A DNA stretch of 64,000 nucleotides from Kondoa subrosea. Taxonomy: Eukaryota. Position numbers and translations under genes: made by a program. Below, one piece after another: positions 1-13,879 of this stretch; the first letter of the stretch is position 1, and the number at the start of each line of letters is the position of its first letter. The notes beneath the pieces are model-generated. The model had not been told where the DNA came from, searched no databases, and worked only from the letters and a program-made list of their open reading frames with translations. Location of the stretch: assembly GCA_039545335.1 (NCBI GenBank), contig BCIN01000006.1:682001-746000 (forward strand). Direction: 5' to 3'.

Positions 1-1282
1 ATGAAAGCTTACCGACCTATGAGACGCCCTTGGAAGACTGTCCCTGATGCTTTTAACCCTGCTGTACCGTCTGCTGTCGAAGATGCGCAAGAGTTAGCTC
101 GAGGAGATGGTCAAGGTAGTCACTCAAGATTCAGACCAAATCAATCCGGTAATACAGCTGGAAGTGGTTCGAGCATAGAAGATGGCACATTGACAGAAGA
201 TTCTGGGCTATCAAATCATGGCGAAAATCGAGCTCAACCTCAGACCGGTAGCGGCAGTCAGGTCGAACAAGGTCAAGCTGGGCAAGGTCACAGTCAAGGT
301 AGCTTAAGCGGCGGTGGTGTTGGAGGTCTACTCCCAGATGCTGAAAGCGACCAATTGGTGCCAGGTGGTTCATTGACTTTCGGGGCTGCCGATTCTAGGT
401 AAGAGCAAAAGCTCCGTCAATTGAGGTTTATGAAATTCGGAGTATAGCACATATCAAGGCGACATCGTCTACCAGGTATATTTTACGTATTGCTATCCTG
501 CTATGTCTTAATGCTTCAACTAGAACCTTGCGCAAGCGAAATATTGGATGATTTCGCAGCAGGGGCTCACTAATAATGGACAAGCAATTGCTGGCACTCA
601 ATCGCTAGCTATCATGGACACCGGCACAACACTCGTTTATCTCCCCAACAGCGTAGTCAGAAGTCTCATGAGCGCGATTGGCGGAACTTCTGCACAAGTA
701 TCCGAAGGCTCAACATATTACTCAATGCCTTGCAATGACATTCCCAAGACCAAACTTGGTTTCTCTTTTGGCGGCCAAACATTCGATTGGGATGCAGAGG
801 ATCTAAGTCTCGGGCAAGCTGCTGCTGGTTCGACGGAGTGTATGCTAGGTATAGTAGGTGATGACACTGTGAGCAGACTATTGTCAGTACAGGTCCGTCG
901 GGCTTATCTCTCTGCAGATTGTCACTACAAGCGGGCAAAGCTTCGGCATCTATGGAGATGTCATGATGAAGGTGTGCGACTTTCACTGCTACCCATGCTT
1001 CTTGCTGATGGCAGATGCTAGAGCGTTGTTAGCATCTTCGACTATGACAAGGAGCGAATTGGAATGGCAGCAGTCAAAGGCTCTACTAGCTCTGTCTCTT
1101 CTTCTGGGGGTTCAGCTTCGACTAGATTGCCTAACGGAACAGGCGTGAAAACGCTAGCAGCTTCTGAACAGACTGCTCGAAATCGCCCAAAAGACGCTGT
1201 GGACCTTAAGGGATCGGCTTCAAGGGTTGTTTCTGGTTTAGGTTGTTTGACGGTTGTGTTAGTGTATGTTTTGGTCTTGTAA
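1..1282 (+). CDS. Pepsin-like (A1) aspartic protease, C-terminal part, probably GPI-anchored; 5' end lies outside the window
   Basis: PGGSLTFG, second catalytic motif AIMDTGTT, spliced GIYGDVMMK..VSIFDYDKERIGMA, then a Ser/Gly-rich stalk and hydrophobic C-terminal tail; several GT-AG introns. Confidence 0.9.
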
Positions 1283-1345
1283 AATAGCGATGCAGAGAAA
1301 TACGAATGTGATATATACAAGATCAGACTTTAATTTTCCGATCAC

Positions 1346-4148
1346 CTAATGTATCGCATTGGCGGCAAAGACTGCGGATTGGCCAACATTTTTCTGCGTT
1401 GAATCAGATGAGGCTTGTTATCGAGCAGAGGATAAGCGCTTACGCCATCGGCACTTTCCAGTCGAGCACGAATCTAGCAATCAGGTTAACACCCATTGTC
1501 ACAAGCTCAGCAGTATGCTCACCTCTAAACCAGAAAAGCAAACTGCGACTCGGAATTCCAGGTGCCAGAATGTACTGCCACCGTCATGGACTTTCTTCCA
1601 AGGTATTTGTTTGGGATCGCAGGTAATTGTGCCGAGTGAGATGATATGATCTAAATCTGTACCATCTGCGTTCACATGAATCAGTTGGCATTCGCACAAG
1701 TAGAAGATTAAGTTTACTCTCGTCTGAAGTCCAGCCAGGCACGGTATGACTAGTCGAGCAGAGCAACTCAATCGTCACATCTTCTAGTTCCTGCTTGCTA
1801 GTATATTGTCTCAGATATGGGAAACCAATATACTGATCTCCGGTTGATACAGTGTCCTGCTCAAGTTGGCCTATGTCCTATGGATTGACAGGACACGAGG
1901 CGAACCTTGGTGATCAAAGGCGAGAAGCCACCACTGAAGAATATTGTTGTAAGTCAAAGCCAGAATAAGGTCAACACAGAATGACATACTCGATGCGGAA
2001 CGTGCCATCAGGCCAGACGGTCGCTTTGTGTGCTCTTGCCCGATGACCAGGTAAACCTTTGTTATAGACCACGGAGATATTCTGCGAGGATTTAATACAT
2101 CCACAATGTGCAAGCTCGATACTTACTATGCCGTAATGGAATAAAGCTCCGCGCCCTCGCACTGCGTCTTAATGAAGGAAGAACCAGCACCCCTGTTCCC
2201 AAAGAGGCCGCAATTTTAGGCACAATAACGTTGAAGTAGCAAAGCTTAAGCCTTACACCTGCGCTGACGGCTTTCACACCTGGTTTCGATGGACTGACAA
2301 TAGGGAAGCCCTTGAAGGTTGCTTCGAGCTTCTTCTTCAGGTAAGGACCTATCGAGCAGAATTCTTCAGCCTTTGCTTTGAACAGGATATAAAGAAACCA
2401 ACTGTCACCAAATCCTCCGACCAGTACACAAGCAGACGACAGTTGACCTTTGGCTGAAGTTTTACGTTTGATTCGTTCGACAATGTCATTACCACAGAAG
2501 TTAAAAGCAGCCTTGACATCGGTTCTTGGTAAATCGATGAGCATATGAATATTAAATCATCGTGCAAGCAAATCAAGCACACCCAGGGACGTAAAGTCTA
2601 CCTTGAAGCACGAGCGGTTTCTCAATGTCGCGAGGATATCTGTTATTGCAGAAGAGTTCAGCACTTTTCGATGATCAAGTCGGTCTACCGACCCAAATTT
2701 CAGAGCACATTTGCCATCTTCTTCACCAGAATAGCGGGTTTTCAAGTTCGTATCAAAGAAGCGTATGCATTCATCAACATTGGCCGGGTCATCAAACTTC
2801 TGAGTTGTGGCTAGCAGCTCGGCTACTTTCGTCTTCAAATACCTCGACACGTAAAGACCTGTGATGATAACGAATACATTGAACCTGGTCTATCTTTCAG
2901 AACATACGTTGACTTACCGCCCTTTTGTAGACAATCGGCTGCGCCGACCTCTTCGAATATCATGTTGGCTGCGCTGATGCAGCGGTACAGGGTACTGTCA
3001 AACAGTGAGCCAACGTTATTACTTTCAAGATACGACGAACGTGTCAACGGTACTCCCTCCAGCATCGCAGACCGTCAACAGAGCATTATCCTGTAGGATT
3101 ATATGGTTAATGTTGATCATAGCTTCTGCAGAATCGCAAACCTTCAATTGCAGAACATTACTCTCAAGATTGCAGAGGTAATGCAACGACGCCTCTGCTT
3201 CAGTAACAACAGTCACTTGCGAAGAATTCCTGCAGTATTCTGTTCTCGTCAAAGCTTCAACCAATGTCTTCTTCTCTCTGCTAGTCCAACCATTCGGACA
3301 TCCAATGACGAATTTGCAACTTGGAAGTAAACGATCCCACAAAGCTTGGCCATTAACGCGTGTACTGGTGAAGCGTGCTTTGGTATGTTGAATGAGGTAA
3401 GTAATGAAGTCGGAATAGATTTGCGTCAAGTTCAAGCCGGCTGGGATAACGGGCTTCTCGAAAGTTTTCTCGTTCAAGGTAGAAGAGCTTGGGCCAGACG
3501 GATGAGCTACAGCTTGCTGTTGCACTATTACGCTTCTTCAGCGAATTCCTCTGACGATAAGGAATGCTACCTACTGTGTTTAGGATGCAGAAGCAATCTA
3601 AAACAAGATGCTCAATTGGATATGAAAATGGCTGACGAGGCAACTTACTTGAAATTCTTTACTAATATTTGACCATCAGCCTCAAGAGCACCTTCGGTCT
3701 CCGCGGCAGCGCCAAAAGCGACAGGTTTTGGTCCTTCGTATAGTATTGAGGAAGGGCATTTGACATCGTTCTACAGAGTGTAGTCAGCAGCGTTGTAGAA
3801 AGGCAGGCAAGATTCTGCAAGCTTACGACATTCATCTGATAATGCTCGCTGTAGCAAGTATATACCTAAGATCGGGCCGCAAGCTTACCTCAGGCCAAGA
3901 AGCGACATTGTCTGTCCAGATTACGTAAGCCTATTGTTTCACAAATGTTGGTCAATCAAAGCCAAGTTACCAGGTTGCTCAGGGATGGAGCCATCCTGGA
4001 GATATTGCCATGCGACAGCGCTGAATGCAGCACCGACTGCGGCCCCAAGTAAGATGCTCACGTCCATTGCGCCGTACTCGAATAGCTCACCGTCGAGGCT
4101 GATCAGCAATACATCTGGCCCTTTGTAGATCTTCTGATTTGGCAGCAT
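1346..4148 (-). pseudogene. HSPA12-like (atypical Hsp70/actin-fold ATPase) gene with an in-frame TAA at 2169-2171
   Basis: Spliced motifs LLISLDVGAAFSAVAW, GCPNGW, VTEAEASLHY, LTVCDAGGSTVD, CVLVGGFGDS.YL, KAVSAG. Homology continues past the stop (GALFHYGI...DGTFRIDGGFSPLITKG). Confidence 0.75.
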
Positions 4149-4599
4149 GAGATCACCACTACAGGATCCGATTCACAGGACAATGACAATGCAGGACCGG
4201 AAAAAAACAAACAGAAACAGGTCACAAGAAACAGCAAAGGAGATATGCCAAGCGTACGTCCTGCACTATCTGAGAGATCCAAGAAGAGGATGACGAGGAA
4301 TTGATCGCCGTTAAGGGAAGAATACCCTGCATTATTTAAACAAAGCTCTTTGTGAAGCACGAACCTCTGAAAAGTCATGAAGGCGATCTTCGGCAAGGCT
4401 ATCAATGGTATCAGCTCCTCAATAAGTGATCGGTCCAAATTGAGCTATGCGTGAGCTTTGCTTTCAGAGTCGAAGATTCCTCAGAAACTCACATCTGTAA
4501 CAATACGCTTGCAGCTCTCATGCAAAACCAGCAGAGAGACCAGGGAAGAGGCGAAGAATCGATGAGCCCGAGGATACAGTAGTTGATCCTCCGCCTGAG

Positions 4600-6389
4600 A
4601 AGCAACCCGAATGGCATGGCATCGATGGCAGCTCAGACGACGAGTCTGTGAGCAACACTTCTAATGTTGCGGCTGTCTCTGCCGGAACTGCACATCAATC
4701 TAACGGCAAGAGAGGAGACAATACTTTCGTTATCAAAGGTACCTCAACAGGACAGGCGAAGGCTGAATCTGCGTATTCTGGACAACAAAGGTCGATTTCT
4801 CCTTGGAATAACCAGTGCGTATGAGTCTGACAATCTCGTCGCTTTACAGCGTCAAACAGCCTGTCAAAATTAGGTTTGATTCGAATGGAGACGCTCAAGC
4901 TGCAGAGAGTCTCGTCAACCTGCAGACGTCTAGCTCGAACGACAGTACAACGTTCACGTCTGCAGAGGAAGAGCTGAGGGCTCGCATTCGAACGTTGGAA
5001 AATCAGCTTAAAGACTCACAACGTCAAGTCAAGGACAAAACCACTACTATCAAAGATTTGCAGCGGCAAGTAAGCGCTACCAAGGAAGAATTACGGATCG
5101 AGAAGAAGCTGGTCCAAAGCACGAATGAAAGGCTGGCTAGCACTCGCACGCGAACCGATATGAACACTGCCAAAGTCGAAAAACTCAAAGCTGACAACTC
5201 CGAACTCAAATCCCACATTCAACAGCAAGATAAAGCTTATCAGCAGGCTGTAGACGCATATCATCACGTAGATCTAGAGAAGAACTCCTACAAGGAGTCC
5301 TATCATCTGCAAATGACCAAAGTAGCCCAAATGGAAGAACGCATTGGTACCCTGCAGATCAGCTCAACATTCGATTCAGTTGCTGGAACGGATTTGATCG
5401 ATGTTCCTGCAAAGTTTGATCAATTGTTGGAAGATTTCAATAACATGGCAGTTGAATGGCTATCCGATTTTGAGACGACCTCCGATCGAACAACTATGGC
5501 AAATCTATCCCTTCATGGTTACGAAGCAGCATTAGCCAAAGATGGTCGAAAAGGCTTGACGCAGCCGCTCTTGGCTTTCACACAAGCCGCTATTGCCACA
5601 GACGCACCTATCGATCTGTATCTACCGCAAGCCTTGGCGCATCTTCTGCTTGCTGATTGTATTGAAGAGATATGGAAACCCTTCAGCTGGAGTGAGTCAT
5701 AAGCATCTCGCTACAGACATGACGACTGATTGTCTCGACAGTCGCTTGCAAACGGATCATGACTGAGAAAAGCGATAAACAATTTGTATCCTTTGTTCAG
5801 GCGGAAAATACGAGCTACAGGCATATTCGTCGTAATTGTCAGTGTTAAGTGTCACTTCCATGAATCGATTGCTCATAGCCTTACAGTCAGTCGCGCTAAG
5901 AGTGCAAATTGGAGATCACTTACCTATGCATCCCTCTTCACCCGCTTTGCCATCAGCGAAGGTTGTCTTGAAGCAGAGTTACACGAAACCGCTGCTGAGC
6001 GCTATGCACAAAATTTTGCGCAGCAGGAACTTTCGCATTTCCTTGGCTGGCTATCTCACTCTATCCCAGGTAGCTGGGACAAGCTTGCAGCGGAAACGAT
6101 GGCTGCTGCAATTGCAAAGATCGCTTTAGCTATACTCGAACTGAAAACTGCAACTGCAACTCGAGTATTGGACTACGATTACGATGTTTACCTGCCTATC
6201 CCACCACCTTTTGCAGCTGAAGATGTTCCCATTATCCAAGCTTCAACTCCAATCTGTCTCTCCAAGGTAAAAGTCCATCGCTGGGAAGTCTCGAGCGAAG
6301 ATCCAGAAAGAAAAGTCAAGCGAAAGCCAGTGGATGAATCGCTCGCCGAGTATTTGACTGCCGGCGAGCTGGGTTTCCTAGAGATGTAA
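4600..6389 (+). CDS. Hypothetical coiled-coil protein (start uncertain)
   Basis: Long ORFs 4815-5702 (heptad-rich E/K/Q segment) and 5784-6389 can be joined by GT-AG introns; no family recognised. Confidence 0.55.
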
Positions 6390-6461
6390 ACCATTTTTTG
6401 TACCTTGTTTGTAAAATAGTTTCAACGCTGATGCAATTGACAATGCACAGTGTATACGTCC

Positions 6462-9073
6462 TCATAGTTGACCTAGCTTCCCAACCTTCACCGTCTCCCT
6501 CGCCTTCTTCTTCTTCTCCTTCATCACTTTGACTTGCTCTTTAGTATATGCCTTGTCCATCTTCTCAAGCCTCCCCTTGGCCCCATGTTTCAACAACGCA
6601 AGCACATGAGACGCTTGACCCATAGTAAGAGTCTCGATTGCGACCTTGGAGCCAATCCTACCCAAGAAGGACTCAACCTCATCTCCTAATCGTTTCTTGA
6701 TGTACTGCTTCTGCTTGTCGGTTGCCTGTGCTTGTCTCCACGAAGCATTACGCTGTAGCGTTCGATTCATCTTAGGGTTGATCTGATAGGCGAAGGTATC
6801 GCAAGTTCTGATAATTCGATTGAACTCTGGCACAGCTTCTGGTAAGATAGGTTGAGCTGCAGCGAAAGCGACTTTGGTTCTGCTTGTGCCTAGAGGCGGT
6901 ATTTGACGTGTAAAGGTAGCTCGATAGCCTGCACCTGGTTTCAGATCCAGTTCTTAGATCGGGATTTCAGGACACACCTGCCTCATCCTTTTTGACTCTA
7001 ATATATCCTGTGCTCAACAATTCGAGTACGTAGAAGTCTTTGCCGCAAGTAACCCATGCATTTGGGCTGACACGATGTAGAGGAAGATCTTTTGTGGCAG
7101 ATCCGCTTGCTAGCAATTCTTCGATAGTCAGGTCTTGATAGTCCAATTCCGAGCCGACTTGACCAGTGAAAGAGTCTTCTTGCGCTCCCATTGACTCTTT
7201 CATTGATTGTATATCGTCCGTACTAGCGCCTATCATGGACATTATCGGTCTGTTGCACATGGCTCGCAAGCTGACTCACCATCGAGATTTACATTCGGAG
7301 GCAACCCAAACAGAGACGGAGAGCAGACCAAGGTATGAGAAGACAAGCTACCAACTACGTCCAATATGAGACAGTCGACTTTGCCAGGACTCAATCGAAG
7401 ACCACGCCCAATCATCTGATCGCTGAATTTAGATAGCTTCCGCTCAAAGTCTCTTATCAACTCACTTGAGAGAACAGATTACGACTGAGAGTAGGACGAG
7501 CTAGTAATACGCAATCGATACCAGGAATATCTGCTCCTTCAGTCAAAATACTGCAATTGACCAAAACAGGGAACTCGAATATACATCAGCTTTATCCAAG
7601 CATCTGTAAGTATTGACTCACTTCTCCGTCTTTGAAATCCTGCAGAAGCTTCTCACGAATCTTTGCATGAGTTGTTCCAACCAAAACTCGAGCATCAACA
7701 GGTGGATCTAGCTGGCGAAAACTGGCTGCTAGAGCTTCTGTGTGAGCGACATTGACACCAAAGACTAGAGTGCTTTTGCGATTCGAGGCTTTCTCTTGCC
7801 AGGCTTTGGTTATAAGATTCGTCACGTCCGGGTGGTCAAGTGCTTGAGCAAGTGAAGAAGGGACGAATTCGCCAGTACTTGTGCTCTGGCTGATTTCAGC
7901 TCATATCTATCTAGCTGTCGAACTGTGAAAAACCCACGACTTTCACTTTAGCGAGATTGACGTCTGACTTGATTGTGGTGAATCTAACACTGTAATCCGA
8001 AGAAGGTCAGCACCTGAGCAGGAGTCGTCCAGCACAATACCGTACGGGCTAAGCCATTTCTCGTTGATCATGTCTATGAAGTCTCTGAATATCGCTTGGT
8101 TCAGCTAGCGGCGGACGGAATTTCATCATTGCAGACTGACTTATGAAATACAATTTCCTCAAAAGCTGCCTCTAATCCTAGCCCATCATGTCTAGAAAGA
8201 GTAGCCGAGAAACCCAGGATATTCATTGGCGAAAGATCATCTCCTTCCAGATCTTCTTCATTCTTTTCCGCCTTGATCACTTCTTCAGCTTGTCCATTTT
8301 CTTGAATATTGTCTACTTCGTCTGAAGTCGGATCGACAACCTTCTGAGGCAATGTAGGATCGAAATGCCTCAACACTTTCAACCAAGTAGAAGCAGCAGC
8401 ATGATGAGCTTCATCCACCACAACAGCTTTGAAGAGTTGCCTATCGAACTTCTCTAACCGTTTCCCACTGATCAATGTTTGCACAGTGGCGACCGTTACA
8501 TCGGCTGTTCCGCTTGCTATATTACTGCCTTGTTCGATTTCAACAGATAAGTGAGGGTTGGTGAGAGCTATTCGGGAAGCTGCTTGACGTGCTAATTCAA
8601 TCGAGCCTACCAGGATCAGAGTACGAGTAGCGTCAAGTCCACGAGAGGGTATAAGAGGGATGAGCTATCATTGAAGTCTCAGCTTTCGAGCCGTTGGCCT
8701 TTGATATAGAATGCCGGACCTTTGCAAAGATGGAAGTCTTCCCTGAGCCGCTATATGCCAAACAATGAGCTTGAGCTATGAGCGCAACTTGAGCAATTTG
8801 CATAACATACGTTGGCGAACTGATCCCTATTCTGTGAACCCCTCGATCTATCGCAGCCAAGCAGGCATCAAGGCATTCGACTTGATAAGGTCGTAATTCA
8901 TATGCAGGTACAGCATCCAGCGCAGACTCCAAACTCGGTACTTGTTGACGACTAGCAACGCTTTGACCAAATGAACGCGAATGCAGAGGATATCTCAGGC
9001 CACAAGGTATAGGTAGTCTAGTCCTGATCAGCACGTGTATACGACCAGTCAATGGTATCGCCCTCAGGTTCAT
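6462..9073 (-). CDS. IRC3: Mitochondrial superfamily-2 DNA helicase, IRC3-like
   Basis: Basic N-terminal presequence, LRPYQ Q-motif, spliced [41 protein letters not shown]-terminal [12 protein letters not shown]. Confidence 0.88.
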
Positions 9074-9266
9074 CCGACATCAGACTTGGAAGTGTGAGGG
9101 CAAGGGAGTGAAGGTGTCTTAGTAATATCTTTCCTTTTCTGCTCCAAGCCAAATGTAATATATCAAGATGAACGCCTAAGTACAAAAAGCGTGTAGTATG
9201 CCGGTGAAACGGAACAAAAATACAAGAAATGAATGCCAAAAGCCAACTCTGTCTTCCAAAAAGCGA

Positions 9267-10343
9267 TCAAAGGATCTGTAATTTCATCAGCTGATGAAGA
9301 GCAGACCATAATTAGTCAGACTCACTACACAATTGATCTTCTTCCTCTTCTTCTTGCTCTGCAAAGATTTCTCCACCGCGTTGCTGAACAATTCTTGTAC
9401 CCCAAATCGAGTTCTCGCTGAGCATTCCGCATACGCTGCTCCAATGACTGCACATATCCTGATTTAGGAACATTCCAGGCCTGAAGGAAGGTCGGACGAC
9501 TGACTCTTCGCTACCGCTGCACCTTGTTCATACGTTACTGGTCTTTTGCCTTGAGCTGCCAGCATTTGGATTTCTCTTTCGTTCTTTCGTAGATCTACTT
9601 TGGTACCGACGAGATAGTGAAGAGCGTCTGGACCGCGATGAGTCAGAGGCTCTCATAAGTAAACCTATGAATCTCACCAGGACAGAAATGACCAACTTCT
9701 GGCCACCACTGTCGGCAATCGTCAGACAAGCTTTTCCAATACGGAAGTGATATAAAGCACCTTGTCTTGTATGTTTTCTAAGCTGACTGGATAATTCACC
9801 GCAAAGCACATCAGAACTATATCCGCATTTTGATACGATAGAGGTCGAAGACGGTCCTGACGTTTCATCAGCTAACATTGAACGGACTTTGAAGTGAATG
9901 GTCGCACATAGTCTTCCTGTCCAGCAGTATCCCATAATGTCAATTCGATGAGTTTCCCAGCTCGTGGTATTCTAGGCAGATGATAAGCAGCTAACATATG
10001 GGTCTCTAGAGGAGGACATACAGGACAGCATAAGTCTCAAACACTGTAGGCGTGTAGCTCTGTGGAATACATTCAGTGCATGCTTCGAGGACAGCTTGAT
10101 TTCCAGAGAAGCTCACATCCGGGAAATCTTCTTCCTTATAAACGAAAAGCAGACAAGTCTTTCCACAACCTCCATCCCCGACCTTAGCATCTCATTCAGC
10201 CTTCTACTTTTGAATACGCCTTATAACGCGAAATGACTGACAATGACCAATTTCCGTAAATAATCCGGTTCTCTAGGTATAGCACCTTCTTCTGATCGCG
10301 AAAATGCAAGACCAGATGATCCAGAAGAGTGAGTGGACTGCAT
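9267..10343 (-). CDS. Rho-family small GTPase (Rho4/Rho1-like)
   Basis: Manual splicing gives [46 protein letters not shown], and a polybasic KKKRKK followed by CAAX box CVIL (split by an intron). Confidence 0.92.
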
Positions 10344-11360
10344 CTAGCTTTGCTGATTCGCTGTCAAGCAAAAAGTAAACAATAGTCGAGAAACGCGAAG
10401 AGGGGTTGAGAAACTTCAGGAGAAGCTGGCGGACTGCCTCCTAGCTGGTATGATGCGATGTGAAACGAGTGTGAGGCGTGCAAGTGGTGGTGAGAGCTTG
10501 AGAGAGCGATGTAAAAATTATGACAAGGTCAACCTGGAGCAATGACCTGGTAAGACTAGAACTACCTGACAGATGAAGAGGCATTCTCAATGCTTAATTG
10601 CCAACGCGTACCTAGCTTCCTTTACTCAATCCTTCTCATGCATCGCGCGAATCGATAGAAGCTCTCTTCTTATCCGTCCTTCTGCTATCTTTCTGTGCTC
10701 TGTGTTTGTACCGTTTTCGTCGTTGCAACATGTCCATATGCTCCTTTGGACCCCTCTTTCGCAAAATGTTGCAAAGGCATGGAGCTATCGTAGTCATCCG
10801 CCCGTTCTGTGCTTCCGTGTCTCTGTGTTTCTACATTTCATCGTTCATGTAAGCCCGGTAATACTGCTTTCATAGATGTACGGTAGCTCACAAGTGATCG
10901 CGCGATTAGGCTCATGTCCTGCATTCTTGGAAGTGGTGCAGACGTGCTTCGTTTCACCTTATCAGTCTTCTGCCTCACCTTGCTCGTCGCCACATATACC
11001 TCCAAGTGTAATAATGTGTCTCACTTCTTTGTGTTGGATTCCGCTTCGTCTGCTCAAGCAATATTCATGCGAAAGCTTGTTTTACAAAGCGTTTGACGAA
11101 GCATGAATTTCAATCGCTGAGAGGGTGTTTTACAATGCTCATCGCCCATACTACTTCTCTTGCTTCTTACAAGGCAAAAGGTGAAAATTATGGTATGACG
11201 CTCGATAGATCTATTTTCGGCTGAACGCTGAACCAAGCGGAAGATCGCTTTGCTGTAAGGGAAAGGATCTGCCATATGCTGTTAATAACGACAGTCATAA
11301 CTTTGACTGGATTGGATTGAGTGCAAAATCCTGTGTATCTTAATCTCGACAACCACTAAA

Positions 11361-12787
11361 ATGTCAACACAAGAAGTTTATACTGGCTCCTTGCGGTATG
11401 CTGACAGATCCTCATAGCTAACTATACTTATCTGTTGCCATAGACCCAAGCGAAAGGGCGAGCTTCAAGCTATTGCGTCAGTAATTTTCAATTCTATTGT
11501 TTTCGCGCTGGATCTCACGAACCTGCGACAGTAAAGCTTTGAATGTCGACATACAAGATGGTACCAAGGTATAATCCCCATGTATTAAGCATCAGCTCGT
11601 CTGACACAGCCAAAAGGTCGAATATGAAGCTGCTATTCGAAATGCTTTGAGGTCTAACGCTTCTATTCAATCCGATCCTCGTTTCTCTGGCTTATGGAAA
11701 AGTATCAAGGAAGGCGAGAATCGAAGGGTTTCTAGAAGTAACAAAGATAAGGATGAATCTGGATCAGAGGCTGAAGCTACTCCAAGGTTAGTTCAAGTCT
11801 TCCTTTCACAACTCATCCATAGAGACTAATGGCGTCTCTCAGCGGAAATGATGATACTCCTGCTCCTGAAGCTGCTTCCACTAGCGCTCAAGCCATCGTT
11901 ACTGATCAAGATGAAGAAACCCCTACTACTTCTAACGTCAACAAAGGCAAAAACGTTGCTCATCCTGATCGAATGAGCTCCTTCGAAAGAGCTCCTCCTA
12001 CTAGTGAACTCAACAACACTAAATGGGCGAAACCTGATTTCACTTTACCTACTCCTGGTAAGTTCTTGCTTGCGGCTGTTGATAATTATACTGAGAAGAA
12101 GACAGGTCTCGAGTTCTTATTTCATTTGGAGTGCGAGATGGAAGCATTCCATGAAGTCGGTGATGGTCCACATGGAAAGCGTGCTACGGTGATCTTCAAA
12201 GGTGAGTTTCATGAATCAGATTTGTCTCAGACAGCATTTGATGCTCATTCTGACAGGCGGTCGATTTGAGGTACGATGCGTCTTATATAAAAAGTAGTAT
12301 GCAGTCTTACTATATCTCTTTTCGTAGGGCCCACGTATGCGCGGTGAAAGTAAGTCCTGTGCAGATGACCCTCAACCTGCGTTTATGCCATTCCTTCTAT
12401 AGTTCTACCCGGTGGAGGTGATTGGTATGTTACCAATTGATCACGCTAGATTGCTTTTGCCTAACAACTCGATCCAGGGAGTTGGTCAAGAACACCAAAG
12501 ACAACGGCAAAGAGATCCAGACGGCTTACCTTGACACTCGATACAACTTGAAAACTCACGATGGCGCTATCATCTACTTACAAACTACTGGAGCACGAAC
12601 TGGCGACAAAGCAGTTATTGAAAGCTTGGGCGAAAAAGAAGTTGATCCTTCTACGTATCGAATGCGTCTTTCCCTCAACTTGGAGACTGGTGATCCTCGT
12701 TATTATTGGCTCAATCAAACTGTTGCTATCGCTTCAAGTGGAAGAGTTGGGCAATCAGTCATTTATGATGCGTATTTGGTGATTTGA
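11361..12787 (+). CDS. DUF3237/UPF0311 beta-barrel protein with an N-terminal HeH/SAP-like helical domain
   Basis: VGDGPHGKRATVIFKGGRFEGPRMRGEILPGGGDW (assembled from micro-exons), YLDTRYNLKTHDGAIIYLQTTG, LETGDPRYYWLNQTV. Confidence 0.85.
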
Positions 12788-13276
12788 ATGGGAAGACAAT
12801 GAAGAAGAAGAAAACACGAATGTAGACTGTATGCAATAGAAATAGAGCTTTACCGACACTGATCACTTGTACAAATTCAAGTCGGCTTACAAAAATGAGA
12901 TGGGAGACAAGTTATAAGGCAGAAAGTGGCTCGGACTGTAGATTACAGAGGATACAAGCAATCCTACGATCTAGTATTTTCGACGACGCAGACGGAGAAT
13001 TCCCTCAACAACTGACTTGCTGTATCCCAAGTGGTTGAGTATCTGGCATTTATCATCGATAACAAATCCATGACGCTTGACATGAACTGAGGAATATGTT
13101 AGCTTAGTATATATTGATGACTAAGTGCAAGGAACAAAGGAAAGACCAAAATAACTACAAGTGCTCAACATCTTACAATACGACGAACAGAAGATACCTT
13201 CGAATGTCAGCAAAAGACAGATTTCCTCTCTTGTCCTGATATCAAACTCTTAATCAAACCTTCTGTTCTAACAACA

Positions 13277-13833
13277 ATGAAGCTCGCGATTCTTCTATTG
13301 CCCGCTTTATTCGCCATAGCTAATGCGGATATCCGGTTCAAGATCTTTCACGATCGAGCGTGCCCAGGCGCTCCATCATCTGCTGGTACACAAGATGATT
13401 CCTACCAGACTTTCTCTACTTCGAATGGATTGACTGGGTGAGTTTGTGGAGCAGTTTGCGTTGACTTTACTCTAACAAAGGGAATTGGGATTGTTATAGA
13501 ATAAGCCCTGGTTCTGGAACGCAGACCATTCGATTGCTGGATGCTCATCTTCAAGCTAAATCAGTATGGGTCGAAGCGGATGAATGTAAGAAAAGAAGAA
13601 TTTCCTCTTCTATGACTGTTCGAAAGCTGACGCGAAAAGTGATTGTAGATGTGGATGGCGTGATCAAGGTTGCCTTGGGCAGCGCTTGCTTCAACAACAT
13701 CCAGGACCCCGATGAGATCTTGAACGGCAGGTGTCTCTGGCTTGACAAGTACGCCCTTCCTTCGAGCAGGCGCCATCTATACTGACTTCTTGTGGATAGC
13801 TGCGATATTGACCAGATCTACTACTGGAAATAG
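13277..13833 (+). CDS. Small secreted protein (~125 aa, 4 Cys)
   Basis: Signal peptide MKLAILLLPALFAIANA; three canonical introns give an open frame ending DQIYYWK*. Confidence 0.7.
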
Positions 13834-13879
13834 CGCATTGGGTTTGACAGAATTCGATTGTAGTTTAGCATTTATGGAG

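Noticed and set aside
10500..11110. Short hydrophobic ORFs between the Rho and DUF3237 genes
   Set aside because: No consistent spliced frame or recognisable motif.
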